Source: an uncultured Gammaproteobacteria bacterium
Lineage (GTDB): Bacteria > Pseudomonadota > Gammaproteobacteria > JABCZS01
Length of the DNA: 64,000 bases
NCBI GenBank assembly: GCA_963848305.1
Contig: CAWKDC010000001.1
Span: 448,001-512,000 of the forward strand
Reading direction: 5' to 3'
The translations under genes were made by a program, and so were the position numbers. Positions 10,688 through 20,357 of this stretch are shown one piece after another. How positions within the stretch are numbered: the first letter of the stretch is position 1; every line of letters starts with the position of its first letter. Under the pieces are notes generated by a model. That model saw only the letters and a list, made by a program, of their open reading frames with translations, searched no databases and was not told where the DNA came from.

Positions 10688-12061
10688 TCAGCCAATATAT
10701 TCCATCAACATCTCCACAGGCACGCGGGTCTGCACCAATGTGTCGCGATCGCGAATGGTTACCGTGTCTTTCAAGGCTGGATCGGAATCTTCAGCGCCGA
10801 TGGTGTCAAAGTCGACGGTGATGCACACAGGCGTGCCGATTTCATCGTGACGACGATAATTTTTACCGATGTTGCCTGAATTTTCAAGCACCACACGACC
10901 GCGCACATGACCACGCAATGTATTCACAATATTCTCAGCATAAGAGACCAGTTCTGGCTTGTTTTTCGCCAAGGGCACGACAGCGACTTTGATGGGTGCT
11001 AAATGCCGTTTCAATTTCAACACAGTGCGCGTTTCGCCATTGGGCAAGGTTTCTTCACAATACGCTTCCGCTAACACGGCCAAAACACCGCGATCGACAC
11101 CGGCGGAAGGTTCGATCACATAAGGAACAAACCATTCTTTAGATTCTAAATCTTGCACGGCCAATTTTTGCACGCTGTCATGATTGGGCAATACTTTAGC
11201 AGTGATGTTAAACGATTCAGGCGATTTGGTGTGTGAACCCAAATCGTAATCCGTGCGATTCGCCACCCCTTCCAATTCTTCCACGCCATGCGGGAAACGA
11301 TAACAAATATCGACAGTAGCTTTAGAATAGTGTGCAAGCTCATCTGACTTTTGTGAAACCTTCTCAAGATTCTCCGCACTCAAACCCTGAGACAACCACC
11401 AATTGTAACGTTGATCTACCCAATATTGGTGCCACTTGTCGTCTTCGCCGGGTTTCACAAAAAACTCTAATTCCATTTGCTCAAATTCACGCACACGAAA
11501 TATAAAATTGCGGGGGGTGATTTCATTGCGAAAGGCTTTACCAATTTGTGCGATACCAAAAGGCAGTTTCGGCACCACACTATCCATCACATTTTTAAAA
11601 TTCGTGAAAATGCCTTGAGCGGTTTCAGGACGCAAATAGGCCAACGCATCATCGTTCACGACCGGACCAACTTGCGTGCGGAACATCAAATTAAACGGAC
11701 GAGGTTCCGTTAAGTCTTTTTTACCGCACACCAAACACTGGCCGTCTTTCACAAAATCTGCACGGAAGCGGGACTGACAGTTTTTGCAATCAACCATAGG
11801 ATCAGTAAAGGTTTCTTCATGACCAGAATGCTGCAACACCGTGCGGGCGGTCACAATACTGGAATCCAATCCTTCCACATCATCGCGGTTATATACCATG
11901 GACTGCCACCAGGCTTGTTTCAGATTATTTTTAAGCTCAACACCCATAGGGCCATAATCATAAAAGCCTTGTAGCCCGCCATAAATCTGACTGGACGGAA
12001 AAATAAAACCACGGCGCTTACAGAGCGCGACCAAAGATTCCATGCTTGTTGCTGCCATCAC
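10688..12061 (-). CDS. glyQS: glycine--tRNA ligase, homodimeric alpha2 type
   Basis: [48 protein letters not shown] and C-terminal anticodon domain. Confidence 0.96.
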   Translation of the reverse strand: MMAATSMESLVALCKRRGFIFPSSQIYGGLQGFYDYGPMGVELKNNLKQAWWQSMVYNRDDVEGLDSSIVTARTVLQHSGHEETFTDPMVDCKNCQSRFRADFVKDGQCLVCGKKDLTEPRPFNLMFRTQVGPVVNDDALAYLRPETAQGIFTNFKNVMDSVVPKLPFGIAQIGKAFRNEITPRNFIFRVREFEQMELEFFVKPGEDDKWHQYWVDQRYNWWLSQGLSAENLEKVSQKSDELAHYSKATVDICYRFPHGVEELEGVANRTDYDLGSHTKSPESFNITAKVLPNHDSVQKLAVQDLESKEWFVPYVIEPSAGVDRGVLAVLAEAYCEETLPNGETRTVLKLKRHLAPIKVAVVPLAKNKPELVSYAENIVNTLRGHVRGRVVLENSGNIGKNYRRHDEIGTPVCITVDFDTIGAEDSDPALKDTVTIRDRDTLVQTRVPVEMLMEYIG

Positions 12062-12098
12062 TCACCCGCTTTAATGAAGAAAGCGGTATACTACCACG

Positions 12099-13007
12099 AT
12101 GTCGACCTCCATTGAAACACTGTTAGCGAGCATTCCCCCTTCAACCCTGAAGAGGGCTGCTGAAACATTGTCCCAGCGTTACCGTGATGGGGATAAACCT
12201 TATTTAACGGAAACATCACATTATCTGGCCTATTTGGCTGTTCGTCTACCAGCTACTTTTCAAGCCATATCAGCCGTGTTTCAATCGATTGATCCGTCCA
12301 CGGTTCACTCATTTTTAGACCTTGGGGCAGGCCCAGGAACAGGCTATTTGGCCGCTCAAGCCCATTTTACTGCGCTGACGGAAGCCACGTTGGTCGAAAC
12401 AGACCCTCAATTTATCGATATCGGCAAGCAAATCACTGATGGGCCGGTCACGTGGAAGCGCGCTACCCTTCCGACTATTCTGCCTCCACACGATGTGGTG
12501 CTCTTATCCTACAGTTTGAGCGAAATGGATGAGCCTGAGAAAGTCTTGAGATCTGCCTGGATGGCGACACAACAATATTTGGTGATTGTAGAACCCGGTA
12601 CTCCCGCGGGGTATGAACAATTGATGGGGGTTCGTGACGCCCTCTTATCTGAAGGCGCTTTCATGGTTGCGCCTTGTCCAAATGCCCTTCCCTGTCCCAT
12701 GACAAATGGTGACTGGTGCCATTTTCCTGCACGGGTTGAACGCAATCGTTTGCACCGTTATTTAAAAAGCGGCACGCTCAGCTATGAGGACGAAAAATAC
12801 AGTTTTATCGTGATGTCAAAAACGGAAAAACCATTGCCCCGGGCACGTATTATTGCACCCATCACCTTCAAAAAAGGACATATGATTTTACCTTTATGCA
12901 CGGAAGGCAAAATTGAGGCAACAGTGGTTTCACAAAAAGACAAAGCGCTGTATAAAAGCTGTCGGAAAAAAGAATGGGGCGATGCATTTTCAGGAGATAA
13001 CACATGA
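12099..13007 (+). CDS. Rsm22/METTL17-like SAM methyltransferase-fold protein
   Basis: AYLAVRLPAT, LDLGAGPGT, VEPGTPAG, APCP..CP...WCHF, YEDEKYS. Confidence 0.85.
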   Translation: MSTSIETLLASIPPSTLKRAAETLSQRYRDGDKPYLTETSHYLAYLAVRLPATFQAISAVFQSIDPSTVHSFLDLGAGPGTGYLAAQAHFTALTEATLVETDPQFIDIGKQITDGPVTWKRATLPTILPPHDVVLLSYSLSEMDEPEKVLRSAWMATQQYLVIVEPGTPAGYEQLMGVRDALLSEGAFMVAPCPNALPCPMTNGDWCHFPARVERNRLHRYLKSGTLSYEDEKYSFIVMSKTEKPLPRARIIAPITFKKGHMILPLCTEGKIEATVVSQKDKALYKSCRKKEWGDAFSGDNT

Positions 13008-13816
13008 AAACGGTTTTTCTAATAATGGTTATATTTTTCCATCAAGCCCATGCTGGCATCACGACCATTCCTTTTCATAACACAGTATTCGAAAAAGACT
13101 GTTGCCTCGTGATTTCCCATGCAGGTGGCAGCATTCAAGGTTTTCCTTACACCAATTCTCTCGAAGCATTGGATGCCAATTATGCATTAGGGCGACGGGT
13201 TTTTGAATTAGATTTTGATCAAACAAAAGATGGCCATTGGGTGGGCAGCCATGCCTGGGACAATCAACCATTATCTCGATATGACAGGATCATGTCGTTA
13301 TTTGGCGCCGCTGCGCCGAAACCAACGGCGCCCACGCTGGCTGATTTCTCAAGTCAAGCATTACATGGGAAATTCACACCATTCACATTGTCTTCTCTCG
13401 CAGCGTGGCTCAGCCAACACCCCGATGCCACTGTCGTCATCGACACGCAAAATGTTTTGCCAACACTTTATGAAGCGTTGGATGCATACCCCACGATTCA
13501 ACACCACATTGTGTTTCAAGCCTATGATCAGGCCGATCTTGATTTTCTGGCCTCAAAACACATTCCGATGTCACGCATTATTTTTTCAAATTACCAATCC
13601 ATGCTGAATGCTGATCAACTGATCGCCCTGTTTATACGTGAGAAGATCGGGGCGCTCACTTTGCCAGCATCCCAAGCCCTTCAAGACATTCACACATTGC
13701 GCGCTGCATTGCCTAACACACCGATTTATGTTCACGGCAAGCCCGCCTCGATTAATTCACTAGAGTTGCAAGATCGTTTTGCGGAAGCGGGTGTCTCGGG
13801 GTTTTATCTTGATTAG
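13004..13816 (+). CDS. glycerophosphodiester phosphodiesterase-like, exported
   Basis: Signal peptide; ISHAGG, YTNSLEA, FELDF, TKDG motifs. Confidence 0.75.
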   Translation: MKTVFLIMVIFFHQAHAGITTIPFHNTVFEKDCCLVISHAGGSIQGFPYTNSLEALDANYALGRRVFELDFDQTKDGHWVGSHAWDNQPLSRYDRIMSLFGAAAPKPTAPTLADFSSQALHGKFTPFTLSSLAAWLSQHPDATVVIDTQNVLPTLYEALDAYPTIQHHIVFQAYDQADLDFLASKHIPMSRIIFSNYQSMLNADQLIALFIREKIGALTLPASQALQDIHTLRAALPNTPIYVHGKPASINSLELQDRFAEAGVSGFYLD

Positions 13817-14742
13817 AAAAAATGTTGACGTTCGTGAAGAGTACATTTTCGCCGCTCTGCTTTTGGGCCTGTGAGTGACTGTGGCGATGTTTTTCCCTCT
13901 AGTTCATCCAGCGCTTTCCGATACCCTTCTTCATAGTAGGCTGCAACTTTGTAGCTTAATTCAACGATGTCGTAACCCTTTTTTAGCCTGATATATGTTT
14001 TTGAACGCTCCCGATCCTTGATTCGTCCATAAACTCTTTTGAGCCTTGAAAAAAAATCACCAAATTTTAATGTAGGCCTGGCGATTAAATCTTTCATTAA
14101 TTTATTGGTCTGTCGAAAAAATCCTTTGATCCTTGAAAAAAAATCCCCATATTTTAACGCCCGCCTGAGGATTAAAGATTTCATTAATTTTAGTGTACTC
14201 TCCGCTGAGGAAACGGATTGACCTCTATTGATATTCTTCAGCAACGAGTGACTGCTGACGGCCAGCTTATGCAGCGTTTTACTTTTGACCCATTGGCGAG
14301 GGATAAGCCAAGATGTGAATCGATGTGTTTTATTGTATTCCGCTGAAAATCTCTCTGTCACATCTTTAAGAGGGTTGATTATTGTTTCACCCATGACTTT
14401 GCGGTGGTTAGCGAGTTCTGTTTGACGATCAAAAATACGCTGTTGTAATCCTACAATAGCGGGATCGTCACAGACTTTAATGAGATGTTTTATCTCTATA
14501 ATATCGCGATCTTCACAATCCTCACTGACTTGATGGCTTGCAAGAATGGCGTACATGCCCTCCTCTGTCAAGTGCAGTGCCTGCAATCTCTTTTGGCGTA
14601 GTTCATTGTCCGGCATTCTAGCAGTGTATGACAAATTTTCGATGACTTTTTCATAGGATTTAATCTGCACCTCAGGGTTATTAACCACTGCATCCAATAA
14701 TTTTATATGTTCACGTAATACGGCCTTATGATCACTCATCAT
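13813..14742 (-). CDS. hypothetical basic helical protein with internal 29-aa duplication
   Basis: 309 aa ORF; repeat KLMK.LI.R..LK.GDFFSR. Confidence 0.6.
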   Translation of the reverse strand: MMSDHKAVLREHIKLLDAVVNNPEVQIKSYEKVIENLSYTARMPDNELRQKRLQALHLTEEGMYAILASHQVSEDCEDRDIIEIKHLIKVCDDPAIVGLQQRIFDRQTELANHRKVMGETIINPLKDVTERFSAEYNKTHRFTSWLIPRQWVKSKTLHKLAVSSHSLLKNINRGQSVSSAESTLKLMKSLILRRALKYGDFFSRIKGFFRQTNKLMKDLIARPTLKFGDFFSRLKRVYGRIKDRERSKTYIRLKKGYDIVELSYKVAAYYEEGYRKALDELEGKTSPQSLTGPKAERRKCTLHERQHFF

Positions 14743-14977
14743 GTGCCTCCTTCACTACTACCACAAGTGAGCAGTATACTTCGCTTCTGATCATTAAGTC
14801 AATATTATGACGGCGTGAAATTTTAATAAATAATTGATATATAGATATTTTTTATCATGGCAATCAAGTACGCAGGCTGCGACATCACATCTCAAAGAAG
14901 CATATTGAAAAGAATAGTAATGATCAGCTAAAGATGTAAACCCTTGCAGCCTGCGCAATCGGCTTGCTTCGTGAGCG

Positions 14978-16090
14978 CTATTTCAAAGAATTGCGCACGA
15001 GGGTAGCCGGCTCTTCGGCTGTCGGGTGAGCCCGCTGTTCAAGGTGTTGTTTAAGGATGTTAAGCGCTGATGTTTTTGCTCGACATAGTTTTTCAAGGCC
15101 GACCGCACCGACAAGGCGTGGCCCTGGCGCGCCCCACACCGCCGCCCCGGCATAAATCGCAAAATCAAAACCCAAACCCGTCGTGGGCGGAGAAGAAATT
15201 GGAGGGAAATAGGAAATATCAGAAGATGATTGATAATTGTATAAAGTGAGAGAACGGGTGGGTGGCTGGTTTTGTTCCATACGATCGTAAAGACCCTGGA
15301 AGAATGCCTGGGCATCAACGGCCGGAACCAAACGCTCTAAATAACCAATCACTTGACACCAAAAGAGGGAGAGTTGATTGTCATTCCAGGGATCCCAGTT
15401 TTGACTGTAGACGTCAAAGGCTTCAATCAAATAATTGAGATTAAAGTGATGACCTTCGGTGACTTCTTTGGGAAGAAAATAGTGTCTGAATTCATTTAAA
15501 ACCGCTTGGGTTTCGGGGCTTGTTGGGTCATTTGTGAGGGCATTGACTATCTTATCCATCAATGCGGTAAATTCAGCTTCGACCTGTGGGTACTCAAAAC
15601 CACTGGGGAATTGCTCTTGCATTTGTCTTTGTGCGCGCTGTATTCCTGTTTCGATAGTCTCGCCGTTTTCATTCTTATAAATAACTTGATGGGCATGCTT
15701 GAGCATGTCATTGTAAATCTCACTGTCTCCAGTTCCTAAGGCGGCTTTAAAGGCAGAGCTTTTAACCCTTCTTGGCACCACTCGGTCTTCATCTATACCC
15801 GATGCCCATTCAACTCCGCTTGTTTCAATAAACATGACTTTGGGATTGGCAGCAATCATCGCTTTTGCTTTTTTGACATTCTCTTCGGTGGGCTTTAAAA
15901 CATAGTCCATGAGCTGCTTTGCAGCGCGTTCATCAAGGCCTGGCTGAATCCAAGCGCGAGTTTCACGGTTCATAATCAAGGTCGCTGCCGTGGCGGGTGT
16001 TGAATACATCGCAATTCTGGCAATCAACTCAGGGGGTAAGGCCGGTAAAGCTTGTTCTGCAGATGCCTCAGGTTCCTTTGATTTAAACAT
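14978..16090 (-). CDS. F-box-like effector candidate
   Basis: N-terminal LPALPPELIARIAMY; C-terminal LFWCQVIGYLER/QAFFQGLY/LGFDFAI resembles Legionella effector-like proteins (recalled, unverified). Confidence 0.6.
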   Translation of the reverse strand: MFKSKEPEASAEQALPALPPELIARIAMYSTPATAATLIMNRETRAWIQPGLDERAAKQLMDYVLKPTEENVKKAKAMIAANPKVMFIETSGVEWASGIDEDRVVPRRVKSSAFKAALGTGDSEIYNDMLKHAHQVIYKNENGETIETGIQRAQRQMQEQFPSGFEYPQVEAEFTALMDKIVNALTNDPTSPETQAVLNEFRHYFLPKEVTEGHHFNLNYLIEAFDVYSQNWDPWNDNQLSLFWCQVIGYLERLVPAVDAQAFFQGLYDRMEQNQPPTRSLTLYNYQSSSDISYFPPISSPPTTGLGFDFAIYAGAAVWGAPGPRLVGAVGLEKLCRAKTSALNILKQHLEQRAHPTAEEPATLVRNSLK

Positions 16091-16194
16091 GGAATACCTC
16101 AACGATGAAAATAAGTTAGAAAGAAGAATACTGTAAAGACAATATAAAGTCAAATACTTAAGGCCATTAGGAGAATAAAACCAGGTTAAAATAG
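16021..16194. repeat. 174 bp direct repeat copy 1 (promoter + RBS + first 23 codons)
   Basis: Colinear with 17505-17678, roughly 90% identical by eye. Confidence 0.95.
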
Positions 16195-16272
16195 CAGAGG
16201 GTCAGACGCGTCAGCGCCGCAACCCTGGGTAATGATAGTAATAATATGGCTAGATTACCCTTGGCACACTGG

Positions 16273-17574
16273 TCAATTATTTTTGAAGGTTCGCAATTTA
16301 ATACAGGGTAAGAGTGGCGCCTCATGAAGCAAGCTATGTAAATTTGATAGCGACGACTTAACGTCTGGATAACAAACCAGTTTATCAATAAGTCCCGACC
16401 ATGGTTGTGGCGCTTTGCCACCTTCTCTGTAACGATGGATTGCATTTTCACCAACGCTCTCCCGAATCATTTGAAAGGCCAAATTTTCCAGGTATACTTT
16501 CCCATATTCATCAATTTGATTTTCATCAAAGATCTGATCAATGGTTTTTTGAAAACGAATCAATGCCCATAAGATGGGGATAGCTTGATGTCTATCATCA
16601 ATATAAATGTTTACAATTTCTTTTGCATCATCGATGTTAAAAAAGCTAAATTCAACAGCCACTTCATCATAATATTGATCATTTACCAAGCAGGAAGCCC
16701 GCTTTTTATTTCCATAGCAATGCGCCCCCATACTTTTTAATAAATTCAATGTATCTTGATCGTGAGTGTATAGTTCTATTTTTTTGCACTGTTTTGATGA
16801 CTGGATTAACTGATGGCGCAAATGGGCAATGGCAGAGTCATCATAACCTGAATCCAAATTAATGCTCCAAAATATAATATGTGAAAATCTCAGCGTTCCA
16901 TGGGTACCTGAAATGTTCAAATGATTTGATTTCGAACAAACATCTGATTTTAACTTAGGCATGACGGGCAAAAATGGTTGGACAGATGATATAGATGACT
17001 CTAAAATATTTTCATCAAGAATGTATTCCATATAGCGAGCACCCATTCTCCATTTGTTTCGATATTCTTCTGGCCCGGTTTCTCTGCGGGGTCGATCTGC
17101 AAATTCAACAGTTGGAGTAAATCCCATTTTTTTTGCTAGCTGAAAAGCGGGATCATTATCAGTTGTTATCCCCATTTCAATGCGTTTAATCATCGGCCTT
17201 TTTCTTACTTCCTCCATAAATAATTTATAAAAAAGTCTACCCAAATTTCTGCCAAGACAGTCTTGATGAACAGCGAAAGAGCCAAATTCGACAGTGTGTT
17301 GATATTTTCCTTGCTTTGTAACAATTCTGCGGACAGCAACAATTTTTTGGTCTTCTTTTAATACATATACTTCACTGGTATTAAAAATTTGTTTGAAATC
17401 TTCCTCGTGCGTAGTTTTTTCAAACGCTAAAAAAGGCAAAACATGTTCTTGCTTCCAAATATCACAAATGGCATCAAAGTCTGATGTAGTGGCTTTATAG
17501 AGGACAATCAACTCAGGGGGTAAAGCCGGTAAAGCTTGCTCTGTAGATGCTTCAGGCTCCTTTGATTTAAACAT
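16273..17574 (-). CDS. GNAT acetyltransferase with borrowed N-terminus
   Basis: FAVHQDCLGRNLG acetyl-CoA motif, NDPAFQLAKKMGF; begins MFKSKEPEASTEQALPALPPELI. Confidence 0.8.
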   Translation of the reverse strand: MFKSKEPEASTEQALPALPPELIVLYKATTSDFDAICDIWKQEHVLPFLAFEKTTHEEDFKQIFNTSEVYVLKEDQKIVAVRRIVTKQGKYQHTVEFGSFAVHQDCLGRNLGRLFYKLFMEEVRKRPMIKRIEMGITTDNDPAFQLAKKMGFTPTVEFADRPRRETGPEEYRNKWRMGARYMEYILDENILESSISSVQPFLPVMPKLKSDVCSKSNHLNISGTHGTLRFSHIIFWSINLDSGYDDSAIAHLRHQLIQSSKQCKKIELYTHDQDTLNLLKSMGAHCYGNKKRASCLVNDQYYDEVAVEFSFFNIDDAKEIVNIYIDDRHQAIPILWALIRFQKTIDQIFDENQIDEYGKVYLENLAFQMIRESVGENAIHRYREGGKAPQPWSGLIDKLVCYPDVKSSLSNLHSLLHEAPLLPCIKLRTFKNN

Positions 17575-17678
17575 GGAATACCTCAACGAAGAACATAAGT
17601 TAGAAAGAAGTATACCGTAGAGACACTATAAAGTCAAATACTCAAGGCCATTAGGAAAATAAAACCAGGTTAAAATAG
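17505..17678. repeat. 174 bp direct repeat copy 2
   Basis: Matches 16021-16194; holds minus-strand TTGACT-17-TATACT promoter. Confidence 0.95.
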
Positions 17679-17723
17679 AGGTTTTATGTTTGAAATCAGG
17701 TGGTTGCCTCGAGAATGTCAACA

Positions 17724-17940
17724 GGCCAAGCTGCGACTGAGCAGCAGCCACTATTATTATCCAGACCAGCGCAAGTAGCTTTGCAGCCTCAACAATCACT
17801 GATAGTGTGCTAATTTGTCAAGCATGATGTCGACGTATAGAAGACACAAGAATGAAACCACTCCACTTGCAGCACAGTATCCCATTGTTTTGATTGGTGC
17901 CGGCGCGGGGAATCGAACCTCGGACCTACTGATTACGAAT
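17724..17940. repeat. att repeat: 46 bp tRNA-Thr 3' fragment (17895-17940) plus ~170 bp downstream sequence
   Basis: Near-identical to 26762-26984 apart from a 6 bp indel and two substitutions. Confidence 0.95.
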
Positions 17941-18080
17941 TATAACAACTGATTTTATATACGTTTAAAATCTTTTATAATCATTTTGAATCTTTTATAT
18001 TTTCGATTAGATATCATATACATAAAATAAGTTTCTGATATAATCCCTGTGAATGTTTTGGAAACAATGTTAAATATACT

Positions 18081-18100
18081 GTCGACACATAGTCGACACA
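18081..18100. promoter_or_regulatory. putative integrase arm-type sites (GTCGACACA x2)
   Basis: Tandem 9-mers 11 bp apart between att and integrase; TGTCGAC also occurs in both att arms. Confidence 0.5.
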
Positions 18101-18135
18101 CGCTATCAGTCCCAATATACCGCAAGGAGCACAAT

Positions 18136-19368
18136 ATGAAGATTACCAAAAAAATTGTCGATGGCTTAATCCTTCCTCCCGTAGAAGCTGTCGGCAAAAC
18201 AGCACAAAAACGTTACTACGACGACTCACTAAAAGGATTTGGCATTCGTGTGACCTCTGGTGGATCTAAGTCATTTTTTATCGAAAAGCGCATAGGCGAT
18301 AAGCTACGACGTATCACCCTAGGTCGCTATGGCGAGCTAACGGTTGAGCAGGCTCGTAAAGAAGCTCAGAAACTCCTGGGTCAAATTGCCTCTGGTGTTG
18401 ATCCTATCGCACAAAAACAAGCTGCGAAGATGAGTGCAGTCACCTTAAACGATGCCTTCGGTGACTATATCCTGGCGCGCAAAGGCTTAAAGGATAAAAC
18501 TGCCTACGATTACAAACGGTGTATTGAAATTGCATTTGCCAAATGGAAAGACAAACCGCTTGCATCAATCACCAAAGATAGCGTCTCAAAACTGCATGAA
18601 ATGCTTGGCTCCGAACATGGTCATGCCTATGCCAACCTCTCCATGCGCCTACTGCGCGCAATTTTTAATTTTGCCATTGCAAAATATGAAGGCGAAGACG
18701 GTCGATCGCTCATACCCGAAAATCCCGTCAAACGATTATCGCAAACGCGAGCATGGTACCGTGTAGACAGACGACGCACATTCATCACGGTACATAAACT
18801 AACTGAATGGTATTCGGCAGTCACAGTCCTGTTAAATCCTGTACTTCGCGATTACTTGTTGTTCACTCTGTTTACTGGCCTTCGGCGACAAGAAGCAGCG
18901 AAACTGCAGTGGCATGACGTTGACCTTCAGGCAAAGACCTTTACGGTGTCTGATACAAAGAATAGGCACCCCCATACCCTACCCTTATCTGATTTTTTAT
19001 ACGAACTTCTTTGCAAGCGAAAGGAAGCGACAACAAAAGCCTACGTTTTCCCAGGATCAGGCAAAGGTGGCTACATCATTGAGCCACGCAAACAAATGGC
19101 AAAAGTGACGCAAGCAAGTGGTGTTGAGTTCACTGTTCATGATTTACGGCGCACATTTATTACCATTGCTGAAAGCATCGATATATCTGCATATGCCCTG
19201 AAGGGCTTGATGAATCATCACATGTCGGGCGATGTGACAGCGGGTTATATCATGACAGACGTCGAGCGATTGCGTAAGCCGATGCAACAGATCACCGATT
19301 ATCTTTTGAAAGCGATGCATTTGAAGGAAGATGCCGAGGTGGTTCCAATAAAATTGTCAAAAGCTTAA
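18136..19368 (+). CDS. int: tyrosine integrase with N-terminal arm-binding domain
   Basis: GFGIRV..GGSKSF, TGLRRQEA, HDLRRTF, MNH, VTAGY catalytic residues; AAGGAG RBS. Confidence 0.95.
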   Translation: MKITKKIVDGLILPPVEAVGKTAQKRYYDDSLKGFGIRVTSGGSKSFFIEKRIGDKLRRITLGRYGELTVEQARKEAQKLLGQIASGVDPIAQKQAAKMSAVTLNDAFGDYILARKGLKDKTAYDYKRCIEIAFAKWKDKPLASITKDSVSKLHEMLGSEHGHAYANLSMRLLRAIFNFAIAKYEGEDGRSLIPENPVKRLSQTRAWYRVDRRRTFITVHKLTEWYSAVTVLLNPVLRDYLLFTLFTGLRRQEAAKLQWHDVDLQAKTFTVSDTKNRHPHTLPLSDFLYELLCKRKEATTKAYVFPGSGKGGYIIEPRKQMAKVTQASGVEFTVHDLRRTFITIAESIDISAYALKGLMNHHMSGDVTAGYIMTDVERLRKPMQQITDYLLKAMHLKEDAEVVPIKLSKA

Positions 19369-19398
19369 GTAATCATGCAGAAAAAATGATCATTGCTA

Positions 19399-19427
19399 TT
19401 GACATTTCAAAATAGGTAATTGATAAT
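19399..19427 (+). promoter_or_regulatory. sigma70 promoter
   Basis: TTGACA-N17-GATAAT. Confidence 0.7.
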
Positions 19428-19433
19428 TCGAAT

Positions 19434-19710
19434 GCACCTCGTCAAAGGTTTCTATGACTGGCAACTGGGCCATTACCATCCAGGGTCTACCTACTCAAAG
19501 GGTTCTATGGGTGCGACAAGCGCATAATCTTGGACGCATTCTCCACTAGGGAGAGTTGTAGCGGAACAGTCTTCATCTGAAAATGTGAAGCAGATATCCC
19601 ACTGTGTAAATGGGAGACAAGATCGTCCTAGTAGATTAAGTCATAACGGGAAATATCGACGCCTTTAATGTCGATAAAATGGTTCTTGGTGCTTTTTTAT
19701 AAAGCGCCTG
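19434..19710 (+). ncRNA. candidate structured leader/ncRNA
   Basis: Nested long-range stems and at least six hairpins between the promoter and the xis-like gene (manual folding). Confidence 0.5.
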
Positions 19711-19745
19711 GAGTGATTTACGTTTTGATTTAATAAGGACTGATC

Positions 19746-19985
19746 ATGACTGATCTTACCTATTCTTCATTGGCAATAAATTCTGCGCCAAAACTTCTCA
19801 CTGAGCATGAAGTTGCTCCAATTATCCGAAAATCCGTTCATTGGCTCCGGCGCGATCGTTGGAAAGGCGGACCGGATGCTATCCCCTATAGAAAACTAGG
19901 CTCATCTGTTAGATACGATCTGCAGAACGTTATCACCTGGATTAATTCGCATGGTCTACAAACCTCTACCAGTGAAGTGAGGTAA
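19746..19985 (+). CDS. excisionase/AlpA-like HTH protein
   Basis: LLTEHEVA..IRKSVHWLRRDRWKGG..PYRKLGSSVRY pattern. Confidence 0.85.
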   Translation: MTDLTYSSLAINSAPKLLTEHEVAPIIRKSVHWLRRDRWKGGPDAIPYRKLGSSVRYDLQNVITWINSHGLQTSTSEVR

Positions 19986-19988
19986 GCC

Positions 19989-20357
19989 ATGGAATACAAA
20001 AAATACACCGCAGGACGTGGTGAAAACGTCCATGCGGTCAACAATTATCCCCGCGCAAAGTATATAAGAAATGAGCTCGATCGTGACAAACGCCCTTCAC
20101 CGTTGAAAGTGCTATCAATGTTCGACATTAAGCCTGGAAAAGCAAATGCTGCGGGCTTCTGGAGAATAAAATGTCCGTTTCACAAGCAAGGCAAGGAAAA
20201 AAATCCAAGCTTTGATATGCACCAGGTCGACGGGTATTTCAAATGCCATGCCTGCGGAGCAAAGGGGGGTGATACGATCGCATTTTATATGCAAATGACT
20301 GATAGCACCTTTTCGGAAGCAATCAAAACGCTTGGTATCGTGAGAGGTGCAAAATGA
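19989..20357 (+). CDS. CHC2 zinc-finger (primase ZBD) protein
   Basis: CPFH...PSF...FKCHACGAKGGD..F.M....FSEA. Confidence 0.88.
   Translation: MEYKKYTAGRGENVHAVNNYPRAKYIRNELDRDKRPSPLKVLSMFDIKPGKANAAGFWRIKCPFHKQGKEKNPSFDMHQVDGYFKCHACGAKGGDTIAFYMQMTDSTFSEAIKTLGIVRGAK

Noticed and set aside
14871-14955. Inverted repeat CGCAGGCTGC/GCAGCCTGCG as MITE ends
   Set aside because: Only 10 bp, single occurrence, no target duplication seen
14978-17678. Integron or DGR explanation for the repeated blocks
   Set aside because: No attC-like sites, IntI or reverse transcriptase, and mismatches are not adenine-specific
17895-17940. Second tRNA-Thr gene
   Set aside because: Only the 3' 46 nt are present; it is the att duplication
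19432-19527. 31-aa leader ORF in the satellite leader
   Set aside because: No RBS or recognisable features; a leaderless peptide cannot be excluded but is unsupported
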